Source: an uncultured Candidatus Rokubacteria bacterium (lineage in GTDB: Bacteria > Methylomirabilota > Methylomirabilia > Rokubacteriales > DASRDR01). Taken from it: a DNA stretch of 64,000 nucleotides. The stretch lies in contig CAWGVS010000005.1 in assembly GCA_963826115.1 (NCBI GenBank), positions 256,001 to 320,000 of the forward strand, in the 5' to 3' direction. Positions within the stretch are counted from its first letter, which is position 1. The number at the start of each line of letters is the position of its first letter. This document shows positions 61,025-64,000 of the stretch, piece by piece. The notes below the pieces were generated by a model that was not told where the DNA came from, searched no databases, and was given only the letters and a program-made list of their open reading frames with translations. The position numbers and the translations under genes were made by a program.

Positions 61025-62530
61025 GTGACGCCCCCGTCGCGGTCGGAGGAGCGCGCCGCCCTCCAGCAGGAGCTCCGCGAGCTCCGCACCGTCAACGAGC
61101 TCATCCGGACGCTCACCTCGACGCTCGAGCTCCCGGAGATCCTCCGAATCGTCCTCGACCGGCTGAAGAACCTGACCCAGGCTGAGGCGCTGTCGCTGAT
61201 GCTGTACGACGCGGAGCGCGACGAGCTGGTGTTCGCCGCGACCGAAACGCTCCGCGAGAACGCGGCGGTCGGCCTTCGCCTGCCGCCGTCGCGGAGCCTT
61301 GCCAGCTGGGTGGCGCGGAGCGGCGAGAGCGCCATCGTCAACGACGTGGAGCACGACCCGCGCTTCTACCCCGAGATCGACCGGCTCACTCGCTTCACCA
61401 CGCGCAACCTCCTGGCGGTGCCGATCCTCCGGCAGGGCCGCCTGATCGGCGTCCTCGAGGTCGCCAACCGCTACGGTGGCATCGCCTTCGAGGAGGACGA
61501 CCGATTGCACCTCGAAGGGCTCGCGCGGGAGGTCGGGGAGGCGTGCGACCCCGACCGGCTCTGCCACGACGCGGACGCGATGAGGGACCTCCTGTCCCGG
61601 GCCGTCCGGACGGCCCCCAGCGAGGCCGCGGCCCTCCTGCTCCTCGATCCGTCCGGACGGGAGCTCGTGTTCCAGGCGTCGCGCGCCATCCAGCCCGGCA
61701 TGATCGACGGCCTCAGGCTGCCCACGACCCGCGGGATCGCGGGGTGGGTCGCGCGGCATCGCGAGGCTGTCCGGCTGGACGACGTTGCCGCCGATCCGCG
61801 GCATTTCGCGGGCGTCGGCACCCAGACGGGCCTCGTGCCGCGGACGATGATCTGCGTGCCGATGGTCAGCAAGGGCGAGCTGCGCGGCGTGATCCAGGTG
61901 ATCAACAAGGTCGACAACTCGACGTTCACGGAGACGGAGCTCGGCGTCGCCCAGACGCTCGCCGACCACGCGGCGATCGCGATCGAGAACGCGTCGCTCT
62001 ACCGACAGGCGTACCTGGCGTCGATCACGGACGACCTGACCGGGCTCGGCAACACCCGGCACTTCCATCGGAGCCTCGCGGAGGTCATGGCGCGCGCCCG
62101 GTCGGTCTCGCTCGCCGTGCTCGACCTCGACAACTTCAAGGCGGTGGTCGACCGGTGGGGACATCTCGCGGGCTCTCGGGCGATTGCGCAGATCGGCCGC
62201 ACGATCGGCGCGCTGGTCCGGCCCGGCGACGTCGCGGCCCGCTTCGGCGGCGACGAGTTCGTGATCGTCCTCCCCGAGACGGACGTCGCCGAGGCGCAGC
62301 GGGTCGCGGAGTCGATCCGCAAGGCCATCGAGGCTTGCCAGACCCTCGAGGGGGAGGACGTCGATCTCTCCCGGGTCACGGCAAGCGTGGGTGTCGCCTC
62401 GTTCCCGGCGCACGCGGCCGACGGCGAGAGCCTGTTCCGGCAGGCGGACGCCGCCATGTACACGGCCAAGCGGCAGGGCAAGAACCGGGTGACGGTCGCC
62501 CCGCCCCCGGAGGCCGCCACCGGGGCCTGA
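61025..62530 (+). CDS. Diguanylate cyclase with tandem GAF domains
   Basis: Two GAF repeats, DDLTGLGN, DLDNFK, I-site RPGD, GGDEF. Confidence 0.95.
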   Translation: MTPPSRSEERAALQQELRELRTVNELIRTLTSTLELPEILRIVLDRLKNLTQAEALSLMLYDAERDELVFAATETLRENAAVGLRLPPSRSLASWVARSGESAIVNDVEHDPRFYPEIDRLTRFTTRNLLAVPILRQGRLIGVLEVANRYGGIAFEEDDRLHLEGLAREVGEACDPDRLCHDADAMRDLLSRAVRTAPSEAAALLLLDPSGRELVFQASRAIQPGMIDGLRLPTTRGIAGWVARHREAVRLDDVAADPRHFAGVGTQTGLVPRTMICVPMVSKGELRGVIQVINKVDNSTFTETELGVAQTLADHAAIAIENASLYRQAYLASITDDLTGLGNTRHFHRSLAEVMARARSVSLAVLDLDNFKAVVDRWGHLAGSRAIAQIGRTIGALVRPGDVAARFGGDEFVIVLPETDVAEAQRVAESIRKAIEACQTLEGEDVDLSRVTASVGVASFPAHAADGESLFRQADAAMYTAKRQGKNRVTVAPPPEAATGA

Positions 62531-62570
62531 GACCTCCGGCCACCTCACCCGGCCGCGCCGGGGCAGACCG

Positions 62571-62732
62571 TCAGCCGCCGTGATCGTGGGGCTGGGGCTG
62601 CGCCTGTCCGAGGGTCACCCTGAGGCAGCCGTAGCAGACCGGCGCCGCGCAGTCCGGGCTCTCGCAGAGCTCGCAGCACTCGACCTCGTCCCCGCACTCC
62701 GAGCACCGGTAGGCGAGGGGGCGATCGCTCAC
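62571..62732 (-). CDS. Small Cys-rich putative metal-binding protein (53 aa)
   Basis: GTGA overlap with the upstream stop. VSDRPLAYRCSECGDEVECCELCESPDCAAPVCYGCLRVTLGQAQPQPHDHGG. Confidence 0.7.
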   Translation of the reverse strand: MSDRPLAYRCSECGDEVECCELCESPDCAAPVCYGCLRVTLGQAQPQPHDHGG

Positions 62733-63457
62733 AACTTTCCTCCCGAGCCGGGCTCCGCGGGCCGCGCGTCCCCGAGCTCCCGCGCGACCCTGACCGCGTC
62801 CTGGCGGCGGAGCAGGCCGACCAGCCTCCCGTCCGACGTCGTGATCGGCACGCTCGTCAGGTCGTGCTCGGCCATGACTCTCGCCATCTCCTCGATCGAG
62901 ACGAACGGGCGGAACGTGCTGGGTCCCGGACGCATGGCGCGCTCGATCCGGAGGTCCGGCGCCGCTTCGAGCTCCGCGGCCCGCAGCAACCCCAGGACGA
63001 TCCGCTGGGCGTTGATCGCCACGCAGGCGTCCCAGCCGGCCGCACGCACCCGGGCGCGCACCTCGCCCAGCCGCTCGTCGAGCGAGCAGGTCGGGACGTC
63101 CGCTCGAGCCACGGTTCCCGCGCGAGGGCGGGCGGCATTGGCGCCCTCCGAGGGCAGTCCCGCCGCCAGCCAGTCGAGCTTGCCGGCGTCGTAGTCGTAG
63201 ACCCGCGTGAATCCGAAGCGCTCGAGCCGCCACGCGGCCCGTGAGCTGAGGTCTCAGGCCGAGTCCCAGCAGTAGACGACGATCGGTCGGCCGGGATCGA
63301 GCGCCTGGCGGGCCTCGGCCTCGAGCTTGCGAAGCGGCAGGCTCATGGCCCCTGGCAGATGGTCCTCTTCGTATTCCTTGGCGGGGAGGACCTCCACGAT
63401 CTGCGCGCCGGCGCGCATGAGCCGCCGGACCTCTTCTCGACCGATCGACTCCGGCAT
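62729..63457 (-). CDS. Rhodanese-CBS fusion, probable selenoprotein (UGA=Sec at codon 68)
   Basis: GGAGGAGG SD. HLPGA...IVVYCWDSA[TGA 63256-63254]DLSSRAAWRLERFGFTRVYDYDAGKLDWLAAGLPSE continues in frame into the CBS pair. Confidence 0.85.
63220..63246 (-). promoter_or_regulatory. Putative bacterial SECIS hairpin
   Basis: GCTC-AC-GGGCCGC-GTG-GCGGCTC-GAGC, starting 7 nt after the UGA. Confidence 0.68.
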
Positions 63458-63521
63458 GATGGTCGCCTCCTCCCAGACGCGCTGGGTCGCTCGAGGAGCC
63501 TTGCCGCTCAGCGTAGCCCGG

Positions 63522-64000
63522 TCAGCGCCACTCGGGGTAGGTCTGGGGCGCGAGCTCGTCCGCGCCCCGGCCCGCCCAGTCGAACTCGCGCATCCGGGGC
63601 CACATGCGCTCGCCGCCGGCCTGGAGCGCGTCGAGGATCGCGCGCTCGTCGGCGGCCAGGACGCGGCCGCCGTCCACCACGACGCGCCCGTCGACCCAGA
63701 CGCGGTCCACGTCCTCGGCGGTCGCGTTGTAGACGAGGTTCTTCACCGGGTCGCGGAGCGGCGTCATGCCGAAGGAGCGGCCCTTCCAGAGGACCAGGTC
63801 GGCCCTCGCGCCCGGCGGCGATGCGGCCGAGGTCGTCCCGGCCCAGCGCGCGCGCCCCGCCGAGGGTGGCCGCGTCGAAGACGTGGGCCGCGGTCGTGGC
63901 CTGGGTGTTGCGCTCCATCGTCTTCGACAGGACCGCCGCCCAGCGCATCGCCTCGATCACGCTCTGCGGGTTGGTGTCGGTCCCGAGCGACATGTTCACG
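63522..64000 (-). CDS. Amidohydrolase family protein, C-terminal part (apparent +1 frameshift near 63817)
   Basis: LGTD, ATLGGARALG..LGRIA / PGARADLV, DVDRVWVDGRVVV. Confidence 0.85.

Overview
A very GC-rich bacterial chromosomal window. Gene content and style suggest Candidatus Rokubacteria/Methylomirabilota, but this is inference only. It is densely coding, with about 60 genes. They include an OmpR/histidine-kinase pair with an HtrA protease, a kinase/HD-like/glycosyltransferase cassette, amidases, peptidoglycan-recycling genes (LD-carboxypeptidase, mpl), a MoxR-like ATPase/VWA pair, msrA, metC, aroC, phoD, many catabolic enzymes and a diguanylate cyclase. I saw no rRNA, tRNA, CRISPR array or transposase. 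The main signals not shown by the ORF track are: (1) two genes split by an in-frame UGA at a Cys-equivalent position, each followed by a similarly spaced hairpin with GUG in its loop, i.e. probable selenoproteins (a DsbA/FrnE-type U-P-W-C oxidoreductase, and a rhodanese-CBS fusion coupled to a tiny 8-Cys protein); (2) a signal-peptide-bearing small ORF ending in RAPP with anti-SD sequences upstream of a secreted protein, a candidate ribosome-arrest leader; (3) an MprA-box-like triple direct repeat in front of htrA; (4) a histone-H1-like repeat protein; (5) several deletion-scar mini-genes and five +1 frameshifts that are probably sequencing errors. All family assignments come from motif recognition, not database searches.
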